Source: Nageia nagi
Lineage: Eukaryota > Plantae > Pinophyta
Direction of reading: 5' to 3'
DNA: 64,000 nucleotides
NCBI GenBank assembly: GCA_050084985.1
Contig: JBITNC010000001.1
Span: 135,036,001-135,100,000, forward strand
The translations under genes and the position numbers were made by a program. Below are positions 1 through 13,012 of the stretch, one piece after another. The notes under the pieces were generated by a model. It saw only the letters and a list, made by a program, of their open reading frames with translations, did not search any database and was not told where the DNA came from. Each line of letters opens with the position of its first letter. The first letter of the stretch is position 1.

Positions 1-790
1 GCATCATACACCTAGAGTATTATTCATCCACCTTGAATTCTATTGATTTATTCACCAAACCCCTCCCAGAAGCTCAGTTCTATAAGATAAGGGATGCTAT
101 CAGGTTGAATTTTCCCTCAAGGGGGAGTGACGTTTGAATTCTTGTGTTGAATTCATGTTTGTGATGACAACTTCACCCGTAAGAGTATTTTGTGTTGTAT
201 AGTGTTGATCTAGGAAATGAACCATTGAACTAAAATATCTAGGAATAAATACCATATAACATACCAATGACCATTATGATCAATTGACCATCTTTCTACT
301 ATGATTGACAATCCTGGTAGACACCCAAAAATAAAATATTCATACTCCACATGTGTACAATTAATCAATCATTCATATCATCTCTCAACCATATCATCAA
401 TACCTTATTACACTTGAAAACCATCCAATCATGTCAGAAATGCTACTTCGATCTACTTGGAAAACATTTTACCACATCATCCATAATTTATATGGTGTTA
501 ATAATAAACAACAACAAAGTTAATACTTGACATCTATCCTTTGCACCTAACATTATAGGTCTTCACTATTGGCACTCCATACAAACAACTGATAATATAT
601 CTACATTTATCATCATTTTATATGGTAACCTTTGGTAGCATGTCCTCATATTCTCCTTTGACATTGTGACTTTGCATCATTGAAAATAATTTATGTTGAA
701 TAACTTGTTCACCTTTGGAATTATGACAACAAACAATCTCCTTTGATAATAATGTCAACACCATAGGTCAACAATCTCCCCCTTTGGCAT
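1..790 (-). mobile_element. Partial 3' LTR plus polypurine tract of a Ty1/copia-type retrotransposon
   Basis: 771-801 reads TTTTGATAATAATGCCAAAGGGGGAGAT-TGT on the minus strand: a copia-type PPT followed by a TG LTR start at 773 running leftwards. A degenerate second copy lies at 733-757. No coding domain recognised. Confidence 0.5.
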
Positions 791-1389
791 TATTATCAAA
801 ACTCTAGTCATGTTCTTCTCCTCTTTTTTATGAATAATAGCAAAGGCAATCATAAGAGCACATAAACACTTCAACATCTTCCATCAAAAAATCATATTCA
901 ATATAAATCCTTTAGTAGAAATAAGGGCAACTTGAGCACAGAGTCAAAATGAAATTGAAGTAAACTAAAATTGAAATATACTCTATAACATCATCAATAT
1001 CTATATAACTCCATGTAAGAAACAACATATAATGCATTTTAAATTCTCCCATTAGTATATTCAACATGATCATACTAATATCCATAACATCAACATTGTC
1101 CCTTTTAATGGTGTGGAAGTGTGACCACTTCCAACTTCTGCTAGCCTTGTCCAGATTTACTCAAATAGCCAATGAAATAGGTATCCTCTTTTTCTTTATT
1201 TATCCAAACTTTCTCGTGCTTGGGTTTGAGTCTATTAACTATCTTCTATTCTTAAACATTTTGATGAGAGTGAGCACTATCCTTTGAGGATTTTCTTATT
1301 TGTACTTTTGATGTATAATTATTCTTCATCTTTTGATGCACCTCATTATTTCTACCTTATCTTTATAGGAAGCATAATGTAGTGGAAAA

Positions 1390-3631
1390 TTCATTAGTAG
1401 TGGTCACAAGCACTTTCCAACCAATGGGAGATAATAAGGTGAATGTTTTTAAAATCTAGATGTTATATACGCTCATTGAGCAAGACAACATAGAGGCTAT
1501 TTAGGTGTTTGATGATGATAGACATATCAAGAATTTTATGGCCAGTGAGAGGGACTTTACCTCCCAATAGGTTGAGGAAGAATTAAAGTATCCAAATAAT
1601 GGTGATTGGCCATTAGAAGATGATGAGTACATAGATGGTTTCCTCTAGATAAAGACCAACAAGCTTGCTAAAGGGATCATAGAGTTGGAGAGACTATTAA
1701 ACCAAGATGTCATCTAGGAAAATAGACCCAAAGAATATATTAACACAAAAGAGATGAAGAAAATCAATCTAGGGATAGAACAAGATCCCAAGTATATCCT
1801 TCTTAGGAAATCTTGCATAGGTAGATTGAGAGAAGAAATAATAAAAGCCCATTGAGATTACATTAAAATGATAACCTGGAACTATGATCAATTAAAAATA
1901 TACAATATAAGAATAATCAATCATAATATACCTATGAAACCAAGAAAAAAATCCCTTAGGTAGAAACAAAGAGTCCTAAACCCTTTGTTAGAGCCCATTG
2001 TATTTCAATAATTCATAAGTTAGTCTAATCAAGGATTATCTTTCCAGTTAGGCACTCAACTTGGGTGGCCAATGTAGTCTCGATTAAGAAGAAATAAGGG
2101 TATGCATTAACTTCAAACATTATAATCATGCCTCAAAGAAGGATAACTATTCGTTACCATCCTTGGATGAAGTTATTTAGATGGTTAATGAATCACAAAT
2201 GATGTCATTTTTAGATGGCTACTCTGGGTATAATCAAGTCCTAATGGATAAGAGGGACCGATTGAAGACCACCTTTACCACCAAATGGGGAAAATTTTAT
2301 TACAAATGTATGCCATTTGGAATGATAAATGTCTAAGCCACTTCAAAGAGTTATGGACTTTACTTACAAGGGTCTAGTGGGAAAAAATATCATCATATAT
2401 ATAAATGACCTTTCTTTTTACTCCAAAGATATGAATGACCATGCTTGCATTATGAGGAAGATATTCCAAAGATGTAGGGAATTAAAGATTTCTCTAAACC
2501 CAAAAAAGTGTATCTTTTAGGTCACTAAAGGCATACTATTTAGTCATGTCATCTTAGAGAAGGGAATCTCCATTGATATGAAAAGAGTAGAATATATTGA
2601 GAAGATCCCTTATCCAAGAAGCTTAGGTATTTTATATGGAATATCAACTTTATCCATAAGTTCATCTCAGGTTATGCTAAATTTGTGAAACCCCTCATTG
2701 AGATGATGAAGAAATATGCAAAGATAAAAGGGACTAATGAAGCAAAGAGGGCCTTTCACAATATTAAGGAGGCCATATCCAGGGTACTAGTCCTCACAAG
2801 ACATGACTATAAAAAGTCTTTCTACTTGTACTCCTTCACTTCAAAGCATTTTGTGGTAGGGATCTTTACCCAAAAGGATGAAGACGATAAAGAGAACCCT
2901 ATTGCTTTCATGGATGCTCCTTTAAGAGATGTCATTTTGAGATATCCCATTTTGGATAAATAAGCCTATGCCTTAGTGATAGCAATCAAGAAGTTTTATC
3001 ACTACATATTGTGTAGTGAGGTAAATGCTATTAAGCCCAACCTAGTTGTTAAGAACTTGATAGCCCAATAGGAATTGACCATCCAAAGAGGTACTTGGGT
3101 CTCTACTCTCTAGGAGTTTGATCTATCTATCTAGAATATGAGGATTGTTAGAGGTCAAGGGCTTACTAAGACATTAGCATATTTCTAAAATAGTATAGCA
3201 CCAAGGTCACCCAATGAGTTTTTGAATTCTTCTTCTCAAGTTTGTCAATATGCTATTTCACCAAATTCCTGATATAAATATATTACACCTTAGATCACTT
3301 ATAATGTATACCCTCCAAATTTTGTTTCAGCCCATAAAAGAGGCTTGAGGTACAAAGCAACAAAGTTCATGTTGAGAGATAGGGTTATTTAGTGAAAAAA
3401 TTATCAATATATTTATTTGAGGTGCTTAGAAAAGGAAGAGACTTATAAAGTCCTCAAATAATTCCATAACAAAGAATGTGGAATAGGCCACGCACTAGGG
3501 AATGCTCTAGCACATCAAATACTCTGTGTTGGATATTACAGGCCTTTCCTCTTCTAAGATGCTCATCAGTATGCTAAGATTTATCACAATTGCCAAACCA
3601 CAGTAAGAAGGAAATAATTTTCAAGCATGCA
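1390..3631 (+). mobile_element. Degenerate Ty3/gypsy (Tat-like) pol: RT, RNase H and integrase zinc finger, interrupted by a nested element
   Basis: Translated motifs with stops/frameshifts: KINLGIEQDPK, MMSFLDGYSGYNQV (~2200), KTTFTTKWGKFYYKCMPFG, IYINDL (decayed YxDD), ISLNPKKC, RNase H (ORF 2685-2963), integrase HHCC region (~3465-3597). Confidence 0.92.
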
Positions 3632-4649
3632 TGCAATGTATCTTTCTAGGTTTTATCCAATTTAGCATTCAATTCCACACTTAACCATGAATTAGGGCAT
3701 CAAAGAACAAGCTCAATAACTATCTAAATCATGTGCTCAAATTGGAATATAACAATAGTAGCTAGAAATAGAACATGAGATTATGATCAAAACTAGGGCA
3801 AAGATTAGATCTATAACATAACAAAAATATAGTTCCCAAAGTACTCAATTCACATACATTCCCATGCATAAAGAAGATAAACACATAACAAAAATATATA
3901 GCAACATTCAACCACATTCAAGATGCAATATGAGAGTTGATATCATCAAAAATGAACCAAGAATAAGTATAGGGCTGTTACAATCCTATTACAAGTTCTA
4001 AGGCAATGCCCAAGACTCAAAATATGCCAAATATGAACTTAAAGGTGGTGCACACTATTCCCAAGTTCTCCCAAGTGATGTGTAAGGTATCTCAAAGCCC
4101 CAAAAGGATGGCACAAGTATCTAAGATCCTCCAAATATGCAATGCTAGTCTCCAAGGTCTCCAAGAGAGTGATGGGAGCCTTCTTGAAGTCTTGAAATGT
4201 ATAAAATTATGAATAAGCCTCTTCTAGGCTAGGGAGTAGTCATAAGCCCTAGAAGGTGGAGAACAAAAGCATCCTTAAGCTCTGAATGATCAAATATTGA
4301 ATGCAAAAGATGATATATTCAAATGACCAAATGCCTTACCTTTATAACATTCCAAAATTATCATTATTCCCTCCTAGGTTGGCTGACTTGTCAAGGAGTA
4401 ATAATTAATTATTAAATGTGCATTAAGTATCCCCTTCATGGTTGACTTGGTTAAGGAGGATCTTGCATATTAAATGGTCCTTTTGCTTTAGCCAAATTAA
4501 CACCAAATATGCCCTTAATTTGGGAGCATGCCTCTTAGGAAAAAATATAAGTTAAATAATAATAAATTACTCCTAAGCTAAGTGCTAAAAATCACAATGA
4601 ATAGGAATAAGGGGGAGATGTCTTAATGTCCCAAATTAGGGATATTACA
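3632..4649 (-). repeat. 3' LTR of the nested element
   Basis: TGCAATGTATC...GGGATATTACA, colinear with 8780-9797. Minus-strand PPT GAAGAGGGTGGACA lies immediately inside. Confidence 0.93.
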
Positions 4650-6214
4650 TGTCCACCCTCTTCAAATTGCTTGCCGTCAAGCAATTCTAAATGCATCACA
4701 AAATGATGCTTGTTTCTTTGCCTTGTATTCAAGATTTCCAAGTGATGCTTGATCCCATAGTGGTTCTTTTAATGTGCCAACAATCTATTCAAGTAATCTT
4801 CAAAAATAGTCCTTTTATGATGTCAAGAGTATGCAATCATGGAGGTAGTTTACCCAAAATGTAGTAGCAAGATGCATTGTTGATGATGTATAGCTATCTA
4901 ACCTCCAATCCTGTATCATGTACCAAACTTGATCACAAAGCTTTGCTATCCCAAAAAAGTAGGAAATCATAGTTGTTGCATAAGTGTAGATGTGGTTCAA
5001 ATTCTTGCCAAGTGCACCTTATTTACTTGATCTTATTGCTATGTATTTAGTGCTCATTGAATTGAACTTGATAGGGTTTTTACCAACCAAGATAATGTGC
5101 AAATAAATCAATAGTGGACTAATTTTTGAGTCCACAAACTCTATTTGTCTAACCATAGCAATCTTCAAATTAATCTTCAAGGCTGAGCTATACTTATCAA
5201 GGTTAGAGAAATAATTGTAATATTGTACTTCATTTGGCAACATCAAGATTTATACATGCTTCTTGAGTACCATTGGGTGGATTCCTTATTACTATTTTCC
5301 CCTTATATGAATATATCGGAGAATAACAAATAATGTAGTTGTATGGTTTTTCAATGTTAGGTTGAGAGATGGTGTGTTTTGCTACCCCAATTTTAAGTGT
5401 GTGTATACCATAATATTATCTTTTACCTTTGAAGATATGCTAGATGGTGTGTTGCTATTGTAAGAGCAAAAAACACTATCATACTTTCTTAAAAACACCA
5501 TATCTTGTTGTCCCAAATTTTAGCATATGTTACCCTCAATTGTAACCTTTGTAGATGTGATTAGCACTTCTTCAATGGCCACCAAGTTCCTGAGACTATC
5601 ATTAAAATTTGAGGTGATGTATTGGCTATCCTTTAACATTGTAAATGGTTCTTGGTTTTCTTTCATGATGCAATCATTGCTACAATTTGTAGGTATATTG
5701 TTGACCCTTTTTCTTATGGTTTTAAGTGATATTTTGGCAATGTTCTTCAACTTGATGCATATTAAACTAAGCATGTATTCAAGGGATGAAATGTGCTCCA
5801 CAACCTATCATAAAGTTCAACTATATGGCTTCTCCATGTATTACAAGAGTTAAGAATATTTCTTGCTATCCAAGGCTTCCCATGGACTTATCCAAACTAA
5901 GATGATTGTTGTACAAAGAAATGTAGATATAAGGATTGATTTTTGCTAACAATGACTACCTTGTAGTGTTATTGCCAAAGCTATGTTTGACACCCATAAG
6001 ATGCCTTGCTTGTTGGGTACAAAATGTGGGAGAATACTTAAAGGATGTAACCATGTCTTTTCCCTTCTTTAACCAAGGTTGTCATCTCCTAAAATTGAGT
6101 GTGCCATTGTGAAACTTGATTGGAAAAGTATCATGGATGATGGGAAAATTTTTTCTTGGGAGGTCTTCATTGGTTTTTTCCAAACTATTCAAAGCTATCA
6201 ATGGATGTATAGGA

Positions 6215-6600
6215 TGGATGCCTTTCAATGTGATCTCTTCTCCTTGTTCAAATAAGCTCATTTTTTATTTTTGGTATTTGAAGGTGATATATCCTAATTT
6301 ATATAACCATTGGAATCCCAAGATAATATGGGTTGAGTAACCCATGGGGTAGATGTAGAAATCTTCTATGATTGTTTAGTTTCCAATGGTCAACTTAAGA
6401 TCCCTAACCATCCATTTCATATAGTTTGATATCTCCTAGCATTGATGAATCCAAATTATTGAGTTTCAACTCTCTCTAAGTTTATTCTTAGGAAAAATGC
6501 TTCATTAATGTAGTTATTGGTGTCTCTATTTTCTACTAGGGTAAGAATGGACTCTCCCATAAGATACACCTCTAATTTGAGAGTGGGGTATTTGAAAGGT
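6215..6600 (-). pseudogene. Second, degenerate retroviral-type aspartic protease-like domain
   Basis: Minus strand gives LMGESILTLVENRDTNNYINEA (decayed LIDSGATHNFI) and later FYIYPMGYSTHIILGFQWLYKLGYITF..EITLKGI, which parallels the first protease C-terminus. Confidence 0.6.
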
Positions 6601-7009
6601 TTTATCAAAGGTTTGATGAGTTATCTAAGGTTCTTTTTTATTTTCTTATTGGATGAATGAGGGATGTATCTTTAGGCTAATAGTTTCCCATAAATGTGAG
6701 GTCTAGTTGACATACTAGGCTTTTTAGAGAATGCTTGGTGGAGTTTTAGCATTTCTAGATAAGATGAGGGACTAATTCTATTTTCAAGAATTGAAGAATG
6801 TGAGATGAACTAAAAGTGAATGGTGTGACATGTGTAACTTTTATTAGATTCCTTTGGGTGCTAAAGTCCAATTTTTATTCCAGTGGTCTTCTTTTATCTT
6901 CTTGTGGTCCCATGCTTGAGGTGGTTCCTTCCTTTGTACTTGATGTGGTTGTCTTCAATATTTTAATGCAAGCATTTTGGTTCTTTTCCTCTTTTATGCA
7001 TTGAAGTGT

Positions 7010-7370
7010 GATTTCATGACCTCCACTTTTGAACTTGAATTACAAAGTTGAGTGGTTGGTGGTGTAGTCTCCAAAGGATACTAACAATTGTACCCCCAGG
7101 TAAACATGAGGTGAATATTACAAAGGGAAGATGAAGAATCCATCTTCAATAGTGTAGTCCTTCAAACTAACCTTCACCTTGGGTACAAAGTTTTTTTCAA
7201 GGTGTGATGTTTCCATTTCCAAGTATCACATCAAAACCCAAAAATGGTTCGATATTCATATTCTTAGTGGTGGCTAGCTTCTCATTGACAAAGTTATGGG
7301 TAGCACCTCCATCTATAAAAACTATAACTTTCTCTCCCAAAACTTATCCAAGTACTTTGATAGTAAATTA
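7010..7370 (-). pseudogene. Aspartic protease domain of the nested element
   Basis: Minus strand VIVFIDGGATHNFV (~7290-7330) and downstream GVQLLVSFGDYTTN..FKFKSGGHEITL. Confidence 0.85.
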
Positions 7371-7445
7371 TTGATTCATGCCACTTAATGTAGCTAGTGT
7401 TCTTCCTTTTGAAGTCATTAGTGGATTAGGATTTGTATATGGTCC

Positions 7446-8325
7446 TTAGATGTTCATGGTTCTATAAAATGACTTATTCTCATCATATTCATTATTAGCT
7501 TCATGTTCTTCATCAGATAATCCTCCTTTGGATAAGACCTTAATGTAATGTATTTCACCTTTACCAAGAAAATGGTGAATCAATGTGCAAGGTTGCTTGC
7601 AATTAAAACATAGATTCTTCCTCCTTAGTGTGTTTCTTTCATTCCTCTCATCCTTGGTTCTTATTATGTATGTAATGGGAGGAAAAAGAGTTCCCTTTCC
7701 ACTTGGTGATTCTCTTCTTAGTGGTGAAGTATCCTTCTTGAATGGTGCCCCCATGCTATGTATATGTTTAGTTGACACTTGCTTGGTTCTTGGTAGAGTA
7801 GAGTCTTCAAGAGTAAGAGCCCTCTTGATTGCATCTTGTAGAGTAGGAGGGTAAAAAGCTTTGACCAAACCCTTTAATGGCTCTCTAATTCCTTCCATAA
7901 AGAGAAAAGCTATCTTCTTGCTTGATACATCTAAAACCATAATCAAAATTCTTTGAAACTCCACAACATGGTTGCCCATAGAGGTGACTTGGTGAAGTGT
8001 ATCCATCTCCCTAAAGTATTCTTCTTTCATCCTTTCTTTCAAACTTGTTAAGAACTCTTTGGCAAAATTCTTCAAATTTGACAACCTTGTCATGTCCCAA
8101 TGTGGTGAATACATTGTGCCACCACTCATATACTATGCCATGAAGGTGAAGGGAGACAAATCTGATCGCATTTGTTTCTCTCATAGAGTAGAGTATGAAG
8201 TATATTTGAAGATTTTGTAACCAAGCCCTAGGTGTAGGGGTGTTACAATCAAACATTGGTACTTGCATCTTTTGAAGGTGTTTCTTATCATGATAGTTAC
8301 TTCCCTTCCCTATATTCTTTCCCAT
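7446..8325 (-). pseudogene. Retrotransposon gag (frameshifted) with Cys/His knuckle-like motif
   Basis: ORFs 8011-8325 (VPMFD..RAWLQNLQIYF..AIRFVSLHLHGIVYEWW) and 7446-8129 (FLFMEGIREPLKGLV..LRRKNLCFNCKQP). Confidence 0.88.
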
Positions 8326-8764
8326 GATGTTAAGAAAACTTTCAAATATAATTGTTCCATTGAATTTTACACTTCTACCTTGATATTGGGTGAAGTAGGT
8401 ATCAAGGCATTAGTTAGGATCATGGTTAGGATTTTCCTCTGCATCTTGTAAGAGCATAGGCATGGATAACTTGGGTAGAGATTGCCAAGTAGGGCACATG
8501 AATGCTTCACTCATTTGTTCCAATGTGGCTACCCTAGATGGGATTCATGATCCCTTTTATGGGGTTGGTGCAAGAGAATCCATCTTGTTCACAAATTGAG
8601 ATAGTAACTCTACCATGGTTACCAACTATTGTGATGAATCAACCTCCTTTAGTATGTTAATTTTTGATTCACTTCCACTCTCCATCTCTAAGGAATCCTT
8701 ATTTCTTCTTGTGTAGTATTAATGCTTTGGCATGTAGGGAGTCATCATAGGTTGGTAGGACTTT

Positions 8765-8778
8765 GAGCTTTGATACCA
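8765..8778 (-). promoter_or_regulatory. Primer-binding site (tRNA-iMet)
   Basis: Minus strand TGGTATCAAAGCTC, 1 nt inside the 5' LTR. Confidence 0.88.
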
Positions 8779-8779
8779 A

Positions 8780-9797
8780 TGTAATGTATCTTTATAGGTT
8801 TTATCTAATTTAGCATTCAATTCCACACTTAACCATGAATTAGGGAATAAAATAACAAACTCAATAACCATCCAAATCATGTGTTCAAACTGGAATATAA
8901 CAATAGTAGCTAGAAGCTCATAGGACATGTGATTATGATCAAAACTATGGCATAGTTTAGATATGTAACATAGCACAAATATAGCTTCCAAAGCACTCAA
9001 TTTGCATACATTCCCATGGATAAAGAAGATAGACACATAGAAAAATATATAGCAATATTTATTCATATTTGAGATGTAATATGAGAGATAAATCATCAAA
9101 AATAAACCAAGAATAAGTATAGGGCTATTACAAGCCTGTTACAAGTTCTAGGGAAAAGCCCAAGACTCCAAATATGCCAAATATGGACTCCAAGGTGGTA
9201 GGCACTATTCCCAAGTGCTCCCAAGTGATGTGTAAGGTCTCCAAATGCCCCACAAGGATCGCAAAAGTCTCCAAGAGCCTCCAAATATGAAATGCTAGTA
9301 TCCAAGGCCTCCAAGAGAGTGACATAAGCCTTATTAAAGTTTTCAAGTATATAGAAATGCAAATAAACCACTTCTAAGCTAGGGAGCAAACCTAAGCCCT
9401 AAAAGGTAGAGGAGGGAAGCATCCCTAAGATCTAAATGATCAAAGATCAAATGGAAAATATGATGTATTAAAATGACCAAATGCCTTACCTTTATAGCAT
9501 TCTTAAATTATCATTATTCCCTCCTAGGCTGGATGACTTGTCAAGGAGCAATAATTAATTATTAAATGTTCATTCAATCTCCCCTTCATGGTTGACTTGG
9601 TCAAGGAGGATCTTGCATATTAAATGATCCTTTTGCTTAACCAAATAAATAGCAAATATGCCCTTAACTTGGGTGCATGCCTCTTAGGCACAAATATAAA
9701 TTAAATAATAAAAAAATACTCCTAAACTAAGTGCTAAAGATCACAATGAATAGGAATGAGGGGGAGATGTTAAATATCCAAAATTAGGGATATTATA
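8780..9797 (-). repeat. 5' LTR of the nested element
   Basis: TGTAATGTATC...GGGATATTATA, homologous to 3632-4649. Confidence 0.93.
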
Positions 9798-9985
9798 ATG
9801 CCCTTATAGGTAGTTCTTGAATCCAAGCCATTTGCCAAATAAGGATAGGGATTTGTGGGAGTAATCAAGCCTTCCTCATCCATGAAACACCATTTCATCC
9901 TAATTGTGATCAATTATTGTACTCAATTTGGCTTCCCATTTTCCATAGTTTGTGACATTGATCCTAGATTTAGCTCCCTAGAGAC
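9798..9985 (+). mobile_element. Continuation of the host Tat-like integrase (internally deleted)
   Basis: MPL*VVLESKPFAK*G..FVGVIKPSSSMKHHFILIVINYCT, then FGFPFSIVCDIDPRFSS (rve core remnants). Confidence 0.85.
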
Positions 9986-11584
9986 TATAGTTGGAACAGA
10001 CATTCTAGGTGATTATAATAAGATTATTTTATGAAATAGGTAAAAAATGAATTTATCAATCAACTGAGCTCAGGGATGAATCATCCTTCTCTTTTAAGAC
10101 TATAGTTGGAACAAATACTTTAGATGAATGTAATGTACCTAGAATTGGACTATAAAATAGGTGTCCTAATGGCTACTCAAATAGCCAATGAGAGTTCACT
10201 CACTATAATGAAATTAATGATGAAATTGAATGAGGTTTGATGTAGAGAGGCATTCCTTTTCCAAAGGTACATTCTAGCCCATGCTCAACAACAAAATGAG
10301 GTTCAATGTATCACATACTTCTTTGATGCTCCTTCTCTTGAAGGGCTTAGTAGGAGACATCAAGATGGGCCTGCACAACCACTACATCAGATGAGGAGAT
10401 GTATCTAGAGTACTTAGGTTCCATAATGGATGCAAAAAATCACATCCTTCTTTTCAACCACCAGTAGCTCCATATATGTACCCCATAATGATTAACATGA
10501 CCCCTCCCTAGATTAAAGAGTACTGCCATACTCTCCCCTTAGGAAGGCTCAATATGACCTCCCTTTGGATATACTATATTTGTATCTCCCCACTCGTAGG
10601 ATGTGGAATTTTATAAGATGATATTTTATTATGTTATCTTTTATGTTTTAGGTTTTCTCTAGTTTTTGCTCAATTTGGGCTTTGTTGACTCTATGAGATG
10701 TATTGTACTTAATAGTCCCATTGATCGCTTTTGGTCACATGTGGAAATTAATATACTTTCTTTCTTTCAACACCCTATAGGAAACTATCACATCACATCT
10801 TTTTTCCAAGCTTCCACCCCAAAGGGGTAACATAGGAGATGTTGGATCGATCCTTCCCTCCCCACATATCACACCAAGAGGCATCTTTAGAGCCTTCTAG
10901 CTTCATTGAGGACTCAACAAATCACATCATTCTTGTATTCCAACAATTACATCATAGGCATGGTTCTTAGAGACTAGTGTATTCACCAGAGAGGACCAAA
11001 ATGACACTCTTCAGGTTAAGGTTTATACCATCCTTTTATGGATCTATTTGTATTTGCTTTTTATTATTTTATGTTTTCTTTAAAGAGAACTCTTTAAATT
11101 TTTTTTTGACCATGATTGTACTTGATAGTCCCATTGAGTGCTTTTAATCACCCAATGACATTAACATAATTTTTTTCTTTCTTATTTTTTTAAGATAACT
11201 TTCATTTAACTTTATATTTATTAACAATTTAGTGACATAAGCTTTTCATTACAAACTGTGAGTTGTCACAGGAAAGCTGTCTCCTATTACTTTGAACTTT
11301 AGTTACCAAAATTTAAAAGAATGTAATAAAAGTAAAAATTAAAAAACATGGTTTTATCCTCACCATGAGGCTTATTTAAGGAATTGGAAAAGTCAGTGAT
11401 TTGTTAAAAAATTGACAGCTATTGGAAAAATCATGATAAATAAAGAATTTTGAAAACTTTTGGCCAAAAATTAGGCACATGCTATAAAACATTTTCTACT
11501 CCTTTTCAGTTATTTTGATATATATATGTTTTTTAAAACTTTTTCTTTAATTAAAATACATGATTGCTTCCTAATTAGTTATTA

Positions 11585-11585
<1 letters not shown>

Positions 11586-11656
<71 letters not shown>
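11586..11656. repeat. (TA)n microsatellite, ~35 units
   Basis: Perfect TA run. Confidence 0.99.
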
Positions 11657-11661
<5 letters not shown>

Positions 11662-12010
11662 AAGTTTGTATTTAACTCTTAAGCTTAGAGTTGCAATTGA
11701 TTGGCATCCATGTCATAAAAATCCACTAGGGTATGATCCTCTCCTCATTTGTGTCTACCATCAACTCAATAGGATTTTAGGTATGTTTCAACTTTTAGGG
11801 GCACAAAGTTTTGAATGCACCTCCTATATTCAAGAGCTTTGAACTACCCACCTTTCTAACTCCCCTATCTGTCAATTCATATTGCTAGTATATTTTGATT
11901 AAGGCTTGCTGATAAATTATCTATCATTATATTTTTATTTTTAGAAAATAGAGTTGTATAAGGTAACCACCAATAATCTAGTGGGCATTTTTGTGGTCTT
12001 TACAAAAAAT

Positions 12011-13012
12011 TGTTAGACCATCATAGATTCCCTCTCTCCTAAGGATAAATTAGGAGTATTTTTCATGCTTGGAGATCTCAATAATGATAATAGGAATCCT
12101 AAGGTATATGTATGTACTATATGGTCACTTGTATGCTTATGCCAGGCTTAGGGAGCGTCCCATACCCTCATGTTGGTCCAAGTTGACTCCTAGATCCCAA
12201 GTCTACCTCCTTCTCCCATGTGGTCATGCATGGCACCCCTTAGCTAATCCTTTGTCACTTAATGCACACCTATATCCCATGTTGGTATGTCTAGCCCTTA
12301 AACACCCACATTGGGTATTTTGGGCCACCAAGAGACTAACATTGGGTAAGAAGAGTTAAGTGGTGATTCCTATTTAGGACCATGAAAGAGATTTTGTATA
12401 AATAGACACTGGAGGCTCATTATTGGATATGCTTGATTATTATTACTCTTATACCATCCATCAAACATCAAGTCTTAATGATGCTAAGCAACCTATCCTA
12501 GGCGTAATGTCTAGAGGGCATTCAAGTTGAGGGATCTTATCTATCTACAAAATTGGTGTAGTACCTTTACCCATCTAGCAGAATTTTGAGTGTTTACTTC
12601 TACCATTTAGTTGGATTTCTAGGGTTCAAGGAGGGCCCCTTTGGTGGAGAGGATTTAAGGTATGAGGGATCATATCTATCCATGGTTATGTGGTACTTCC
12701 AGTATTTGAGGATATTCATCATTGTGCCCTAGTTAGCTCCAAAGAGGCCATAGACTACCCCTTAGGTCTTGGTATTGATTAGTACTATCCCATATCATTG
12801 ATATACTACCAAGGGTGATTGGATCTCATGCTTGTGTTGTGTTGACTTATCTTGTGCATGCATTGGATCATTATGGTTGTTTATGCTTGTATTTATTATG
12901 TGATGGCATTATGATGTATTATTGATTAAATAATGTATGTTAGAGCTAAATGTTATCATCTTGGCATTGTGAATGTATAATGTTGTGTGTTGTGGATGCC
13001 CTAGGCCTAACA
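12011..13012 (+). mobile_element. Probable LTR (solo or orphan)
   Basis: Starts TGTTAGACC and ends GGCCTAACA (8/9 inverted match), with internal TATAAATA (~12397) and a TG-rich 3' part. No TSD found, so boundaries are uncertain. Confidence 0.4.

Larger units (their letters stand above)
3632..9797 (-). mobile_element. Nested LTR retrotransposon (gypsy-type gag + protease, no RT/integrase seen; non-autonomous, TR-GAG-like)
   Basis: Two homologous 1018-bp LTRs (3632-4649, 8780-9797), tRNA-iMet PBS at 8765-8778, PPT next to 4650, near-perfect 5-bp TSD ATGCA (3627-3631) / ATGCC (9798-9802). The host integrase resumes at 9798. Confidence 0.92.

Noticed and set aside
8719-9389. ORFs of 72-126 aa (also 4006-4212)
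   Set aside because: They lie within the LTRs and show no protein motif.
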